Positions 20,119 through 30,637 are shown, counted from the stretch's first letter. The stretch: DNA of 64,000 nucleotides from an uncultured Nitrospiraceae bacterium (GCA_963727805.1 CAVSHF010000003.1:1504001-1568000), one strand, 5' to 3'. Notes: generated by a model not told the origin, from the sequence alone. A program made the numbers and translations.

Positions 20119-21732
20119 TTAACCGAGAATCGCCTTCAAATCCTGGTCCGGGGTCGTGATTGGCTGGATGTTGAAGTTTTTCACCAGCACGCCGAGGACA
20201 TTCGGGGTGATAAAAGCAGGCAGTGAGGGCCCGATACGGATGTCTTTGATACCGAGGTAAAGCAGTGTGAGAAGAATCGCAACCGCTTTCTGCTCATACC
20301 ATGAAAGGACCATTGACAGGGGCAGGTCATTCACGCCCACATTGAAAGCCTTTGCAAGGGCCACGGCTATCTGGATGGCCGAATAAGCGTCATTACACTG
20401 TCCTACGTCGAGGAGCCTCGGGATTCCGCCTATGTCTCCAAGTTCCTTGTCAAAGAACCTGAACTTTCCGCAGGCCAGTGTAAGCACTACACAGTCTTTT
20501 GGCACCTTTTCGACGAATTCAGTATAGTAGTTGCGGCCTGGTTTTGCGCCGTCGCAGCCGCCGACGAGAAAGAAGTGGCGAAGCTGTTTACTCTTAACCG
20601 CCTCAATCACCGTGCCGGCAACGCTCATGACCGTATTTCTGCCGAAACCAACCGTAACACTCTTGCCGGGAACGTCGGCAGGGAATCCTGGCAGCGACAG
20701 CGCCTTGTCGATCGCCGGTTTAAAGTTACTGTCTGCAATGTGCTGAACGTCAGGCCAGCCGACCAGTCCAGCGGTGAAAATTCTGTCCTTGTAAGAATCC
20801 TGCGGCTTCTGGAGACAGTTAGTCGTCATCACGATCGCGCCGGGGAATGCCGTGAAATCCTTGTGCTGGTTCTGCCATGCCGTGCCCCAGTGCCCATAGA
20901 AATGCGGGTACTGTTTGAGCTTCGGATAAGCATGCGTCGGCAGCATTTCGCCGTGTGTATAGACGTTGACTCCGGTCCCTTCGCTCTGTTTAAGGATCGC
21001 CTCAAGGTCCTTAAGATCGTGACCCGAAACGAGCAGCGCCTTGCCCTTCTTCGGTCCGAGAGGGACCTTTGTCGGCACTGGGTGGCCATAGGTGCCGGTG
21101 TTGCCTGCATCGAGGAGTTCCATGACACGGAGATTTATCTCACCACATTTAAGTACAAGGCCGACCCACTCATTAAGGCCAAGCGATTTATCGAGCGTCG
21201 CCACAAGGGCCTCCTGACAAAATGCATATACAGCATCATCCTGCTGACCGAGGATCTGAGCGTGGTCCGCATACGCAGCCACTCCCTTGAGGCCGTAAAT
21301 AAGTGTTTCCTGCAACGACTGGATATCAGGATCTATTGAAGGATCGGATTTAATGCCTACCTCTTCTCCCTGTTTCACCAGTTCTGCCTTGGCAGCGGCC
21401 GGCTTGAATGTTGCTGGAGCTGCGTTGATGGAGATGCCGATTTTCGACTTAAGCTTCTCTCTTAGTTCAACGCACTTATTGATAAGGACGACAAACCGGT
21501 CCGCATCGAAATCGACATTGGTCAGCGTTGAAAAGAGTGCCTTAACAGTGAATACGTTCACCTCACTGTCAACGATGCCTTTCTTTCTCGCCTCGACCGC
21601 ATACTGCGAAAGGCCCTTCAGCGCATAGACCAGAAGATCCTGTAACGCCGCAACATCGGGTTGCTTGCCGCAGGTGCCGATCTTTGTACAACCTTCTCCC
21701 TTTGCTGTCTGTTCACACTGATAACAAAACAT
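20119..21732 (-). CDS. hcp: Hybrid cluster protein (hydroxylamine reductase)
   Basis: MFCYQCEQTA...C...G.CGK, YTHGEMLP, GGCDG, GQCND and SWYEQKA. Confidence 0.97.
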   Translation of the reverse strand: MFCYQCEQTAKGEGCTKIGTCGKQPDVAALQDLLVYALKGLSQYAVEARKKGIVDSEVNVFTVKALFSTLTNVDFDADRFVVLINKCVELREKLKSKIGISINAAPATFKPAAAKAELVKQGEEVGIKSDPSIDPDIQSLQETLIYGLKGVAAYADHAQILGQQDDAVYAFCQEALVATLDKSLGLNEWVGLVLKCGEINLRVMELLDAGNTGTYGHPVPTKVPLGPKKGKALLVSGHDLKDLEAILKQSEGTGVNVYTHGEMLPTHAYPKLKQYPHFYGHWGTAWQNQHKDFTAFPGAIVMTTNCLQKPQDSYKDRIFTAGLVGWPDVQHIADSNFKPAIDKALSLPGFPADVPGKSVTVGFGRNTVMSVAGTVIEAVKSKQLRHFFLVGGCDGAKPGRNYYTEFVEKVPKDCVVLTLACGKFRFFDKELGDIGGIPRLLDVGQCNDAYSAIQIAVALAKAFNVGVNDLPLSMVLSWYEQKAVAILLTLLYLGIKDIRIGPSLPAFITPNVLGVLVKNFNIQPITTPDQDLKAILG

Positions 21733-21773
21733 TTCAGTAGTCCTCCATAAAGTTTATTTGTATCGTTAAATGA

Positions 21774-21817
21774 ATTATAAAGGCCGGAGAGTATTCCTGT
21801 GTATGATTTAGATCATA
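21774..21817 (-). promoter_or_regulatory. hcp promoter with CRP/FNR-family (HcpR-like) site
   Basis: Palindrome TATGAT-ttag-ATCATA (21802-17), centred about -42 relative to TATAAT (21779-74). Confidence 0.7.
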
Positions 21818-21836
21818 TGCCCTATAAAGCGGACTA

Positions 21837-22832
21837 CTATTTGATGACGAGGCTCAGTCCTTTGCAAATGGCCCATGCGAGGCCGGCACATACAGGGATA
21901 GTAATGATCCAGGCGAGGACAATGTTTCCGCCGACGGTCCAGCGGACTGCTGATATTCGCTTTGAAGCGCCGACTCCCATAATAGAGGACGAGATGATAT
22001 GGGTCGTTGACAGAGGTATACCGATACGAGAGGCTATTTCTATTACTGTCGCTGCGGCTGTTTCGGCTGCGAAGCCGTTGATTGGTCTAAGATGCGCAAG
22101 CTTGGTCCCTAGCGTTTTGATAATCCTCCATCCTCCAACTGCCGTTCCACATGCCATCGCTGCGGCACAGAGGAAGATAACCCACATCGGGATGTCGAAA
22201 GTGGGGAGATGATAATAGCTGATAAGGGCCATAGTAATGATTCCCATCGTCTTTTGAGCATCATTGTTCCCATGACTAAAGGCCATATATGCTGCAGAGA
22301 CAATCTGGAATCGGCTGAAAATATTATTCACTAATGATGGGGAGTTATTGCAGAAAAACCTGGCAAGACAAAACATGATGAAGCCCCCCAGAACAAAACC
22401 TATAATGGGAGACACAACGAGTCCGATGAGGATTTTGTAAACACCGGCACTAATAACCACTCCTGTTCCTGAAGTAGCAATTGCAGCACCCACAAGGCTC
22501 GACAGCACAGCATGGCTCGATGATGTGGGGATGCCAAAATACCATGTTATAAGGTCCCATATGATAGCTGAGAAAAGGGCCGCAAGGACTGTCAACTGGG
22601 TAACGCTCCCTGCATCGACTAGGCCGGCGCCAACAGTCTTTGCCACAGCAGTGCCGGAGACTGCTCCAAGAAGGTTCAGTGCCGTCGCCATTATAATGGC
22701 GTTCCTCGGCGACAGAACCCGGGTCGAAACCGAAGTGGCTATTGCATTTGCTGTATCATGGAAGCCGTTGATGAAATCGAAGACAACTGCTAGGACTACG
22801 ACGCAGACAAGCAGGAAAAAAGAATCATGCAT
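21837..22832 (-). CDS. pit: Inorganic phosphate transporter (PiT family)
   Basis: NGFHDTANAIAT, GIPTSSSH, HGNNDAQK and P.STTH. Confidence 0.93.
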   Translation of the reverse strand: MHDSFFLLVCVVVLAVVFDFINGFHDTANAIATSVSTRVLSPRNAIIMATALNLLGAVSGTAVAKTVGAGLVDAGSVTQLTVLAALFSAIIWDLITWYFGIPTSSSHAVLSSLVGAAIATSGTGVVISAGVYKILIGLVVSPIIGFVLGGFIMFCLARFFCNNSPSLVNNIFSRFQIVSAAYMAFSHGNNDAQKTMGIITMALISYYHLPTFDIPMWVIFLCAAAMACGTAVGGWRIIKTLGTKLAHLRPINGFAAETAAATVIEIASRIGIPLSTTHIISSSIMGVGASKRISAVRWTVGGNIVLAWIITIPVCAGLAWAICKGLSLVIK

Positions 22833-23448
22833 ACTTAAGGACTATCGCCTCGAGGATGTTCGCCACGTCTTCACACGCATCCGATGCGTTCTCGAGATAT
22901 TCGTAAACTTCCTTCCACTTGATGATAGCTATGGGGTCTTTGACCTCATCAAAGAGCTTTACCAGCGCATTTTTATAAAGACGGTCGATCCTGTTTTCGA
23001 GGCTGTTGATCTCTATGCAATATTCCTGAACAAAAGAATATTTTTTGTCCCGGAGGGCTATAATCGCCTTGCTCATCATTTCAGTCGTCGTAAGGATCTC
23101 TTTAGCCATGTCAATGGCCTCTTTGGTGGGAACCGACAGCCTGAAGAGTGTAAACCGCTCTACACAAGCCCATATCATATCGATTACATCATCAATCTTC
23201 GTAGCAAGGGCATGAAGATCCTCGCGGTCGATCGGGGTGATGAAGGTCTTGTTGAGCTTCTTCATGATGTCGTGGGTCATCATGTCGCCCTCCTTTTCGG
23301 AGTCACGGACTTCCTTCGAGATCATCTCGAGATTATCCATGTCCTGCAGGACGGCAACGAGAAGCGAGGCGCCCTTGATAACGTTGCGCGCCGCATGATC
23401 AAAAAGCTCGAAGAAATCTATGTGTTTGGGGAAAAGGAATTTCATCAC
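22825..23448 (-). CDS. DUF47 Pit accessory protein (PhoU-like)
   Basis: LNKTFITPIDRED and LENASDACEDVAN. Confidence 0.92.
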   Translation of the reverse strand: MMKFLFPKHIDFFELFDHAARNVIKGASLLVAVLQDMDNLEMISKEVRDSEKEGDMMTHDIMKKLNKTFITPIDREDLHALATKIDDVIDMIWACVERFTLFRLSVPTKEAIDMAKEILTTTEMMSKAIIALRDKKYSFVQEYCIEINSLENRIDRLYKNALVKLFDEVKDPIAIIKWKEVYEYLENASDACEDVANILEAIVLKYA

Positions 23449-23530
23449 TTACCGCTGTTTAGATTAATAGATGGCAAAGAGGCATGTCAATAGTATTTTC
23501 ATGCTTACACAGGCCAATCACATCCGGTCA

Positions 23531-24778
23531 TCAAGCAGTAAACAGTTTGACCTTCGTACCCTTGCCGGGAGTGCTCTCGATGGCCATCTCCCACTCATGT
23601 GCCTTGACAAGATGCTTAACAATAGCGAGGCCAAGACCGGTCCCCCCCATCTCCCTTGAACGCGCTCTGTCCACACGGTAGAAGCGTTCACCGAGCCTCG
23701 GCAGGTGACTTGCCGGAATACCTACACCAGTATCCTCGACAAACAACACCGGCACCTCGCCCGACAGATCGAATCCAGCAGTCACTCCCCCTTTTTCGGA
23801 GAACTTTATGCCGTTATCGACAAGGTTGAGTAATATCTGCACGAGCCGGTCCCGGTCGGCGCTGATGACAGACTTGCCGGGTGGCAGGTCCTTCTTAAGA
23901 TAAAGACCTTTTTTGTCTGCTTTGTCCTTCAGAATTGCGAAAGCGGTATCGATAACATCATCAAGCTTAACTTCTGACTTTGTTACTATGATATCTCCCA
24001 GCTCTATCCTGGAAAGGGTCAGCAGGTCGTCAACGAGGCTGTTGAGCCTCTCACTGTGGTTTTTTATCATGCCCAGAAACCGAGCCGCGTTCTCCCTGTC
24101 GTCGATGGCGCCATCTAGAAGAGTTTCTGCAAAACCTCTAATCGCCGTTATCGGCGTCTTTATCTCGTGGGAAACGTTGGCGACGAAGTCTTTTCTCATC
24201 TCTTCGAGCAGTTTAAGACGGGTAATGTCATGCAGGGTGATGACCGTGCCGCCGACCGAATCGCCTGAATAAATGGGCACCGCAGTCGCGAAGAGATAGA
24301 GGTCCCTGTCGGCACTCGAAACAGTAATCTCAGCTGCAGCAATATCCCAGGTGGCCATCGTCCTGTTGAAGAGACCGAGAACTTCGGAGTTCCTAAGGAC
24401 CTCCATGATCTGTTTCCCCTCGATCTTCTCATTAATGCGGAATATCTTTCTGAAGGCCCTGTTCGCCAATACCACCCTTCCCTGGATATCGACCATGAGG
24501 ACACCGTCCGACATCCCCCTCAGGATCGCCTCCATCCGCTGCTGCTCGCGCTCGGCCAGATTGCGCCTCTCCCTCGTCAAATCCATGACCGAGACTATAT
24601 CACGGGCAATCCGGTCAAGGATCGGACTGGCCATTTTATACGACCGCGCCTCGGAATTACCGGAAGAAAGCTCTTTCATCAAACTGCCAAATTCGCGTAT
24701 TGCAAAAACAGTGCGGACAAGATACACAACAAGACTGACGATGATAAGTGATAAGATGATAATAATAAAGGTATCCAT
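23531..24778 (-). CDS. phoR: PhoR-like sensor histidine kinase
   Basis: PAS domain, FVANVSHEIKTP, RFYRVDRARSRE.GGTGLGL; adjacent to pit and DUF47. Confidence 0.85.
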   Translation of the reverse strand: MDTFIIIILSLIIVSLVVYLVRTVFAIREFGSLMKELSSGNSEARSYKMASPILDRIARDIVSVMDLTRERRNLAEREQQRMEAILRGMSDGVLMVDIQGRVVLANRAFRKIFRINEKIEGKQIMEVLRNSEVLGLFNRTMATWDIAAAEITVSSADRDLYLFATAVPIYSGDSVGGTVITLHDITRLKLLEEMRKDFVANVSHEIKTPITAIRGFAETLLDGAIDDRENAARFLGMIKNHSERLNSLVDDLLTLSRIELGDIIVTKSEVKLDDVIDTAFAILKDKADKKGLYLKKDLPPGKSVISADRDRLVQILLNLVDNGIKFSEKGGVTAGFDLSGEVPVLFVEDTGVGIPASHLPRLGERFYRVDRARSREMGGTGLGLAIVKHLVKAHEWEMAIESTPGKGTKVKLFTA

Positions 24779-25486
24779 TTATTTTTCCACGAAATACCCG
24801 ACACCCCGCATGGTCTTTATGTATTCAGGATTGTTTGGATCATTTTCAATCTTTGCCCTGAGTCTCCTGATGTGGACGTCCACAGTCCTCGGTTCGACAT
24901 AAACATCATTTCCCCAAACCATGTCCAGAAGCTGTTCCCTGTTGAATATTCTCTTTGGCCTTTCCGCCAGGAAGAGGAGCAGCTTGAATTCGGTCGCGCT
25001 CAGCTTGACGTGCCGGTCCCCAACCATAACTGTAAAACGTTCCTTGTCAATGGTCATTTCTCTTATCTTCAGGATACTCTCAGCCTGCCGCGCCTCCTCG
25101 ACCGTCTCGACAGGCTGTTCAGCCCTGCGAAGTATGGCCTTCGCCCGGGCGACCAATTCCCGCGGACTAAAAGGTTTGGTGATGTAATCATCTGCACCCA
25201 CCTCAAGCCCGATGATTTTATCAATCTCTTCGCCCTTTGCGGTCAGCATTATGACAGGGATACGGGACGTTTCGGAAGTGTTACGAATCCTCTTGCAGAG
25301 TTCGATCCCCTGAATACCGGGAAGCATGAGATCGAGAAAGATAAGGTCATATTTTTTAGAGTCTATTTTTTTCAGGCCCTCTTCGCCATCGTGGGCAGTG
25401 TCGACCTCGAAGCCCTCTTTCTTCAGATTATAAGCGACAAGTTCGACAATATCCGCTTCGTCATCTATGACTAGAATGTTCTTCAT
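24779..25486 (-). CDS. phoB: PhoB/PhoP-like OmpR-family response regulator
   Basis: LDLMLPG, GADDYITKPFS and RTVDVHIRRLR. Confidence 0.85.
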   Translation of the reverse strand: MKNILVIDDEADIVELVAYNLKKEGFEVDTAHDGEEGLKKIDSKKYDLIFLDLMLPGIQGIELCKRIRNTSETSRIPVIMLTAKGEEIDKIIGLEVGADDYITKPFSPRELVARAKAILRRAEQPVETVEEARQAESILKIREMTIDKERFTVMVGDRHVKLSATEFKLLLFLAERPKRIFNREQLLDMVWGNDVYVEPRTVDVHIRRLRAKIENDPNNPEYIKTMRGVGYFVEK

Positions 25487-26562
25487 TGCAATAAGACCCT
25501 TTCGATATCCATTGTTGTTATGTCCTTTCTGATGGCGACTTTTCCTATTTTTTCAGGGACTATAAATGTCATCTCTCCACCTACGACTTTTTTATCACGT
25601 TTCATGCAAGAAAGCAAATTGCCCGCATTGAGGTCTTCTGGTAAACGGCACGGCAACCCGTAGAATTCGATGAGGTTTTGTATCCGGCCGATCTGTTCTG
25701 AATTCATGAGGCCGAGAACTTCCGAAAGCCGGGACTCAAGGCACATGCCGAGCCCGACTGCCTCGCCATGAAGAAACCGAGTATATCTGGTCTCGGTTTC
25801 TACTGCGTGGCCTATAGTATGGCCGAAATTGAGGATAGCCCGCAACCCAGCCTCCTTTTCGTCATAAGAGACGACCCCCGCCTTTATCTCACAGGACCTT
25901 TTGATTATAAGACTCAGCACGTCTGCATCGAGGCACATGATATTATCTTTCTTTTTTTCTAAAAAGCCAAAAAATTCCGCATCTTGGATAATACCGTATT
26001 TGATCACCTCTGCAATACCGCTGATCAATTCCCTTTGAGGTAGGGAATCGAGTGTTCCAGTATCGATCCAGACAAGGCGGGGCTGATAAAACGTTCCTAT
26101 CATGTTCTTGCCGAGGTAATGATTGACGCCCGTCTTGCCACCCACAGAACTATCGACCTGCGCGAGGAGCGTTGTCGGCATCTGAACGAAGTGTAGCCCG
26201 CGCATGTAGGTCGAAGCGACGAAACCTGTAATGTCGCCGATTACCCCACCGCCCAAAGCGACTATGCATGAATTCCTGTCCAGTCCGCGTTTTAAAAGCT
26301 CCGTGAGGATGTAGTGAGACCAGGTATAATCCTTGTATTCCTCTCCGTCAGGAATCAGAACAGAGAAACAGTCAAAACCCGCATCATCCAAAGACCGCAT
26401 CACCCCTTCTCCGTAAAGCGCGAAAACATTGGGATTGCTAATGATCCCGACTATAGGGCTGAAGCCGAATGACTTCATCCTCTCCCCGACGCTGGAAAGG
26501 ATTCCTTTGCCTATATGAATAGCATAACTTCTTTGCCCCAGATCAACCGTTACTTTTTCCAT
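25483..26562 (-). CDS. aroB: 3-dehydroquinate synthase
   Basis: GGGVIGD, PTTLLAQVDSSVGGKT and LNFGHTIGHA. Confidence 0.96.
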   Translation of the reverse strand: MEKVTVDLGQRSYAIHIGKGILSSVGERMKSFGFSPIVGIISNPNVFALYGEGVMRSLDDAGFDCFSVLIPDGEEYKDYTWSHYILTELLKRGLDRNSCIVALGGGVIGDITGFVASTYMRGLHFVQMPTTLLAQVDSSVGGKTGVNHYLGKNMIGTFYQPRLVWIDTGTLDSLPQRELISGIAEVIKYGIIQDAEFFGFLEKKKDNIMCLDADVLSLIIKRSCEIKAGVVSYDEKEAGLRAILNFGHTIGHAVETETRYTRFLHGEAVGLGMCLESRLSEVLGLMNSEQIGRIQNLIEFYGLPCRLPEDLNAGNLLSCMKRDKKVVGGEMTFIVPEKIGKVAIRKDITTMDIERVLLQ

Positions 26563-27064
26563 ATGTCCTCATACCTGTCATTATCTCTTCGGCAACCTCC
26601 AGCGGAGACCTCCTCTCGGTGTCGATTACAATATCCGCCTTCTCGTAATAAGGCTGTCTGAATGCAAGCAGTTCCTTTATTTTGGCAAGCGGATCCTCGA
26701 CACTGAGAAGCGGCCTGGCCTTGTTTCTCTTCGTTCTCTCGTAAATCGTCACGGCAGATGCGGTAAGGCAGACAATAACGCCATTTCTTCTCAAGTTGTC
26801 CATATTCTCCTGCCTGAGCACCGCACCCCCGCCCGTCGAAATGACTGCCCTTTCGCGTTCTGAAAGTCTCTTGATCACAGCAGACTCGATGTCCCTAAAG
26901 GCCGACTCGCCGTATTGCTTGAATATTTCAGCTATCTTCATATGCTGCTCTTTTTCGATCTCATCATCCACATCGATCAGTACATAGCGGAGCTGCTGGG
27001 CTAATACTCTTCCGACCTCTGTTTTCCCGGCACCCATAAAGCCGGTCAGCACTACATTTTTCAC
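26543..27064 (-). CDS. aroK: Shikimate kinase
   Basis: GFMGAGKT, GESAFR, STGGG and RPLL. Confidence 0.95.
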   Translation of the reverse strand: MKNVVLTGFMGAGKTEVGRVLAQQLRYVLIDVDDEIEKEQHMKIAEIFKQYGESAFRDIESAVIKRLSERERAVISTGGGAVLRQENMDNLRRNGVIVCLTASAVTIYERTKRNKARPLLSVEDPLAKIKELLAFRQPYYEKADIVIDTERRSPLEVAEEIMTGMRTYGKSNG

Positions 27065-27133
27065 GATCTATTTCCACCCTTTCGGCCATTTCGCGAGTTG
27101 GCCGCATATCCCGATCCTATGCTAAGATAACGC

Positions 27134-27676
27134 ATGCGACGCTTCTATTATACTAAAATAGTCCCCATTATTTTCCTCATTACATTCATTACTTCCCCTT
27201 CTTATGCATTTCCCGGCACCTCTTATGTGGTGACTAAAGTCCATGATGGCAACACCGTGAGCATCAAGGTGGAGAGTTTTGCAGGCTTTCCCCTCAAAAT
27301 CGAGCGCCTCAGGCTTATCGGCATCGACTCCCCAGAACTGAGACAGGAACCATGGGGAAGGAGGGCCAAAAGACACCTAAAGAAACTCATCAGTGAAAGC
27401 AGCTGGGTCGTCACGGTAGAATTCGATGTCGAGCAAAAGGATAAAAACGGCAGGCTCCTGGGCTATCTCTGGAACAGAAAAAATGGGAAGCTTATCAATG
27501 AGCGAATGATCGAAGATGGCTATGCCGTGCTCTATACCTTCCCTCCGAATGTGCGGTATGACGAACGGTTTATCGAGGCGCAGAAAACGGCACAATTAAA
27601 AGGCCTGGGTATCTGGGGAAAGAAGGGCCTCACTCAAAATCCTTCACTCTGGCGTAAAGACCATCCCTCGTATTAA
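27134..27676 (+). CDS. Thermonuclease (SNase-like) family protein
   Basis: Signal peptide; VHDGNT, RLIGIDSPE, DKNGRLLGY and GLGIW. Confidence 0.88.
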   Translation: MRRFYYTKIVPIIFLITFITSPSYAFPGTSYVVTKVHDGNTVSIKVESFAGFPLKIERLRLIGIDSPELRQEPWGRRAKRHLKKLISESSWVVTVEFDVEQKDKNGRLLGYLWNRKNGKLINERMIEDGYAVLYTFPPNVRYDERFIEAQKTAQLKGLGIWGKKGLTQNPSLWRKDHPSY

Positions 27677-27697
27677 TAGAAGCAAGCAGTCCTGGAT

Positions 27698-27850
27698 TTA
27701 CTTGTCCTTCTTGCCGAAAAAATCCCTAAAGATACTGCTTTTGGCGATTGAGAAAATGATCAATGCCGCCAAGACAAATATAACAGCCATCTTGGTCAGC
27801 TTTAAAGCAACCAATGCGAGCAATATGCCGATGATGATAAGATAGTTCAT
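27698..27850 (-). CDS. 50-aa membrane protein
   Basis: MNYLIIIGILL...RDFFGKKDK; the ATG overlaps the atpI stop (ATGA). Confidence 0.55.
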   Translation of the reverse strand: MNYLIIIGILLALVALKLTKMAVIFVLAALIIFSIAKSSIFRDFFGKKDK

Positions 27851-28221
27851 GATTGGGAAGCCTTTCTTGACGCGATGAATCCCTCCTTGATCATTATGGC
27901 GAGAACAAGGACGAACCCAACCATAAGCGGTATTGGCTTGATAAGCCTGAAATAGGCGAGTATGACGAGAAAGATAAAGATCAGGATAACTTTCAGTATA
28001 CTGATACCCATGATGATCGGCTGGACCATCTGCGTGCCGATGAATTTCTGCACTGACCATGCCACTGTCCTGAAACTGAAGATGCTGATGCCGCCTCCGA
28101 GGAGGACATTGAAAGCGAAGAGCCAATCGGTAAAGATAAATGAAGTTGCTGCAAGGGCAGGGATGATGATCAGTGACTGCTTAGTGGTCCTTTCTATCAT
28201 TTGTGGCATCATAGCTTCCAC
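27847..28221 (-). CDS. atpI: ATP synthase subunit I-like membrane protein
   Basis: Four TM segments; follows atpZ; GTG start with GGAGG SD. Confidence 0.7.
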   Translation of the reverse strand: MEAMMPQMIERTTKQSLIIIPALAATSFIFTDWLFAFNVLLGGGISIFSFRTVAWSVQKFIGTQMVQPIIMGISILKVILIFIFLVILAYFRLIKPIPLMVGFVLVLAIMIKEGFIASRKASQS

Positions 28222-28444
28222 TGTTCTTCCCCTCCTGCTTCTTAGCGATCCTAAACAGCTCCCTGAACCCGGCAATGATCCCCATGAAGAGAAAAATGAA
28301 CTTGAGGAAGGATGTACCAAAAAGCTTATCGAGTCCATATCCTATGGCAAGTCCGGCAAACGTCGAAAGAACGAGCTGTATGCCGACGGTACTTGCTTCG
28401 AATATCTGCTTCAGAACAGATTTTTCTTTATCTTGTTCAGGCAA
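28181..28444 (-). CDS. atpZ: AtpZ/AtpI family protein
   Basis: STVGIQLVLSTFAG..IGYGLDKLFGT..GIIAGFREL. Confidence 0.85.
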   Translation of the reverse strand: MPEQDKEKSVLKQIFEASTVGIQLVLSTFAGLAIGYGLDKLFGTSFLKFIFLFMGIIAGFRELFRIAKKQEGKNSGSYDATNDRKDH

Positions 28445-28585
28445 TCACATGCCTCCCCTGTGTTCGTAATCTGATGATACTAGTTGCTTCAGCATAATTG
28501 CAATCTTCCTGTACGTCCCCTCTCATCGTTTCCAAATTGAGGCATTCTCTTAACATAAGAAGGCAGGATGCATCATGATATACCC

Positions 28586-29872
28586 TTACACAAGCTCTTT
28601 AAATGTCCCATAGGCAGCCTTTATCGTCCTGTCGATATCTCCCTTTGAATGGGCAAGCGAGATGAATCCTGCCTCGAACTGAGAAGGTGCGATATAGATG
28701 CCGCGATCGAGCATCCCCATGAAGAAACGCGAAAACCTATCTGTATCGGCAAGCTTTGCTGTCTCGTAATCGACAACTTCCTTATCTGTAAAATAAGTGC
28801 AGAACATAGTCCCGGCGCGATAGAATTTCGTCGCCACCCCGGCCTTCTTCGCGGCCTCCTTCAACCCCATCTCGAGCTGTATCATCCTTGATTCGAGTTT
28901 TTCATAGGTGTCGCTCATCATCAATATCTTCATCGTCTCGATACCTGCGGTCATTGCAAGCGGGTTGCCCGAAAGCGTACCGGCCTGATATACCGGTCCT
29001 TCAGGAGAGATCAGCGCCATGATCGCTCTGTTTCCGCCGTAAGCGCCGACCGGCAGGCCACCGCCGATCACCTTGCCGAGGCATGTCAGGTCCGGCTTGA
29101 TCCCGAAGTATGCCTGTGCTCCGCCAAGAGCCACCCTGAAACCGGTCATGACTTCATCAAATATAAGAAGTATCCCATATTTTTTGGTCTCTTTCCTGAG
29201 CGTTTCGAGAAACCCCTTTCCCGGCAATACGCAGCCGATATTGCCGACGACCGGTTCCACAATGACGCAGGCAATGGATTTCCACTCTTTCGCGATTATT
29301 TCCTTTAAAGCGGGGATATTATTGAAGGGAAGCGTGATCGTATTTCTGGCATAGGATTTCGGGACCCCCGGACTGTCGGGAACGCCGAAGGTCATTGCAC
29401 CTGAGCCGGCCTTGACCAGAAGGCCGTCCGCATGGCCGTGATAGCAACCTTCGAACTTGATAATCTTGTCCCTTCCGGTAAATCCCCTTGCCAGCCTTAT
29501 TGCGCTCATGGTTGCTTCTGTGCCCGAATTCACCATCCTGATTTTTTCGATCGATGGATAGGCCTTCATGATCAGGCTGGCCAGCTCGATTTCGAGCGGC
29601 GTAGGTGCCCCGAAACTCGTGCCTTTTTCAGCCGCGGCCTTCAACGCCTTGATTACCGCAGGATAGGCATGTCCCAGAATCATCGGCCCCCATGACAGGA
29701 CATAGTCGATATATTCATTGCCGTCGACATCGAAGATGTGTGATCCTTTTGCATTTTTTATGAATACCGGCGATCCTCCCACAGCCTTGTATGCCCTGAC
29801 GGGACTATTGACGCCACCAGGCATCAATGCCATAGCCTGCCTGAATAAGAGTGCTGATTTTTTTCTTTCCAT
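28586..29872 (-). CDS. hemL: Glutamate-1-semialdehyde 2,1-aminomutase
   Basis: [27 protein letters not shown] and GKVIGGGLP. Confidence 0.97.
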   Translation of the reverse strand: MERKKSALLFRQAMALMPGGVNSPVRAYKAVGGSPVFIKNAKGSHIFDVDGNEYIDYVLSWGPMILGHAYPAVIKALKAAAEKGTSFGAPTPLEIELASLIMKAYPSIEKIRMVNSGTEATMSAIRLARGFTGRDKIIKFEGCYHGHADGLLVKAGSGAMTFGVPDSPGVPKSYARNTITLPFNNIPALKEIIAKEWKSIACVIVEPVVGNIGCVLPGKGFLETLRKETKKYGILLIFDEVMTGFRVALGGAQAYFGIKPDLTCLGKVIGGGLPVGAYGGNRAIMALISPEGPVYQAGTLSGNPLAMTAGIETMKILMMSDTYEKLESRMIQLEMGLKEAAKKAGVATKFYRAGTMFCTYFTDKEVVDYETAKLADTDRFSRFFMGMLDRGIYIAPSQFEAGFISLAHSKGDIDRTIKAAYGTFKELV

Positions 29873-30038
29873 CGTCGTTTCCCCGCTTTGTCTATTTTGG
29901 CTTATAATGAAAAAATGTATCAGAAAGAAACTTGCCCTGTCAAAGTCTTCATGTGAAATTCACAATTCATTGGTATATTTATCAATAATAGACATTTTGC
30001 TGTCGTAAACAAAAATTAACAAAGGAGAGCGAAAAAAG

Positions 30039-30524
30039 ATGAAAAAAGTTTTAGCCGTTTTGGTTTTGCTGGTGTTGTTCGGGTCGTTTGCTGTTGCGCA
30101 GGCAGCTGACGAAAAGAAGGACGCCATGCCGATGATGGACCACCAGATGATGATGAAGGGTGGCGATGAAAAAGGTATGATGGATTGCCCCATGATGAAG
30201 GGCCCCGAGGGAAAAGGCATGATGGATTGCCAAATGATGAAGGGTCCCGAGGGACCGAGCATGATGGGTGGCATGATGAAACATCACCAGATGATGATGC
30301 ACGATATGATGCAGATGATGAAGGACATGATGGCCATCCAAAAGAAGATGCTCACCTCTGCCACGCCGGAGGATAAGGCACAGATGGGACAAGACCTATC
30401 GGCCATGATGGAGAAGATGGACAAGATGATGACTTCCCCGCAATGCATGAAGATGGACATGCAGCAGCCAGCGGCAGGGGAGCAGAAGAAACAGGACTCG
30501 ATGCCGGCAGAACATAAGCAATAA
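30039..30524 (+). CDS. Secreted Met-rich protein
   Basis: Signal peptide; about 39 of 161 residues are Met; 42-bp tandem repeat at 30171-30254. Confidence 0.8.
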   Translation: MKKVLAVLVLLVLFGSFAVAQAADEKKDAMPMMDHQMMMKGGDEKGMMDCPMMKGPEGKGMMDCQMMKGPEGPSMMGGMMKHHQMMMHDMMQMMKDMMAIQKKMLTSATPEDKAQMGQDLSAMMEKMDKMMTSPQCMKMDMQQPAAGEQKKQDSMPAEHKQ

Positions 30525-30637
30525 ATCAGCGTCAAAACGAGTGGGGAGAGCAATCTAATGCCTCCCCACTCCATGTCCCCCCTTTCAACTCGTTGATTCA
30601 ATCTGATAAACTGTAGAAGCTTCACAGGGGAGAGAGC

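Noticed and set aside
22525..23493. Long antisense ORFs (also 5056-5691, 20575-21339, 24872-25474 and others)
   Set aside because: Shadows of well-supported genes on the opposite strand.
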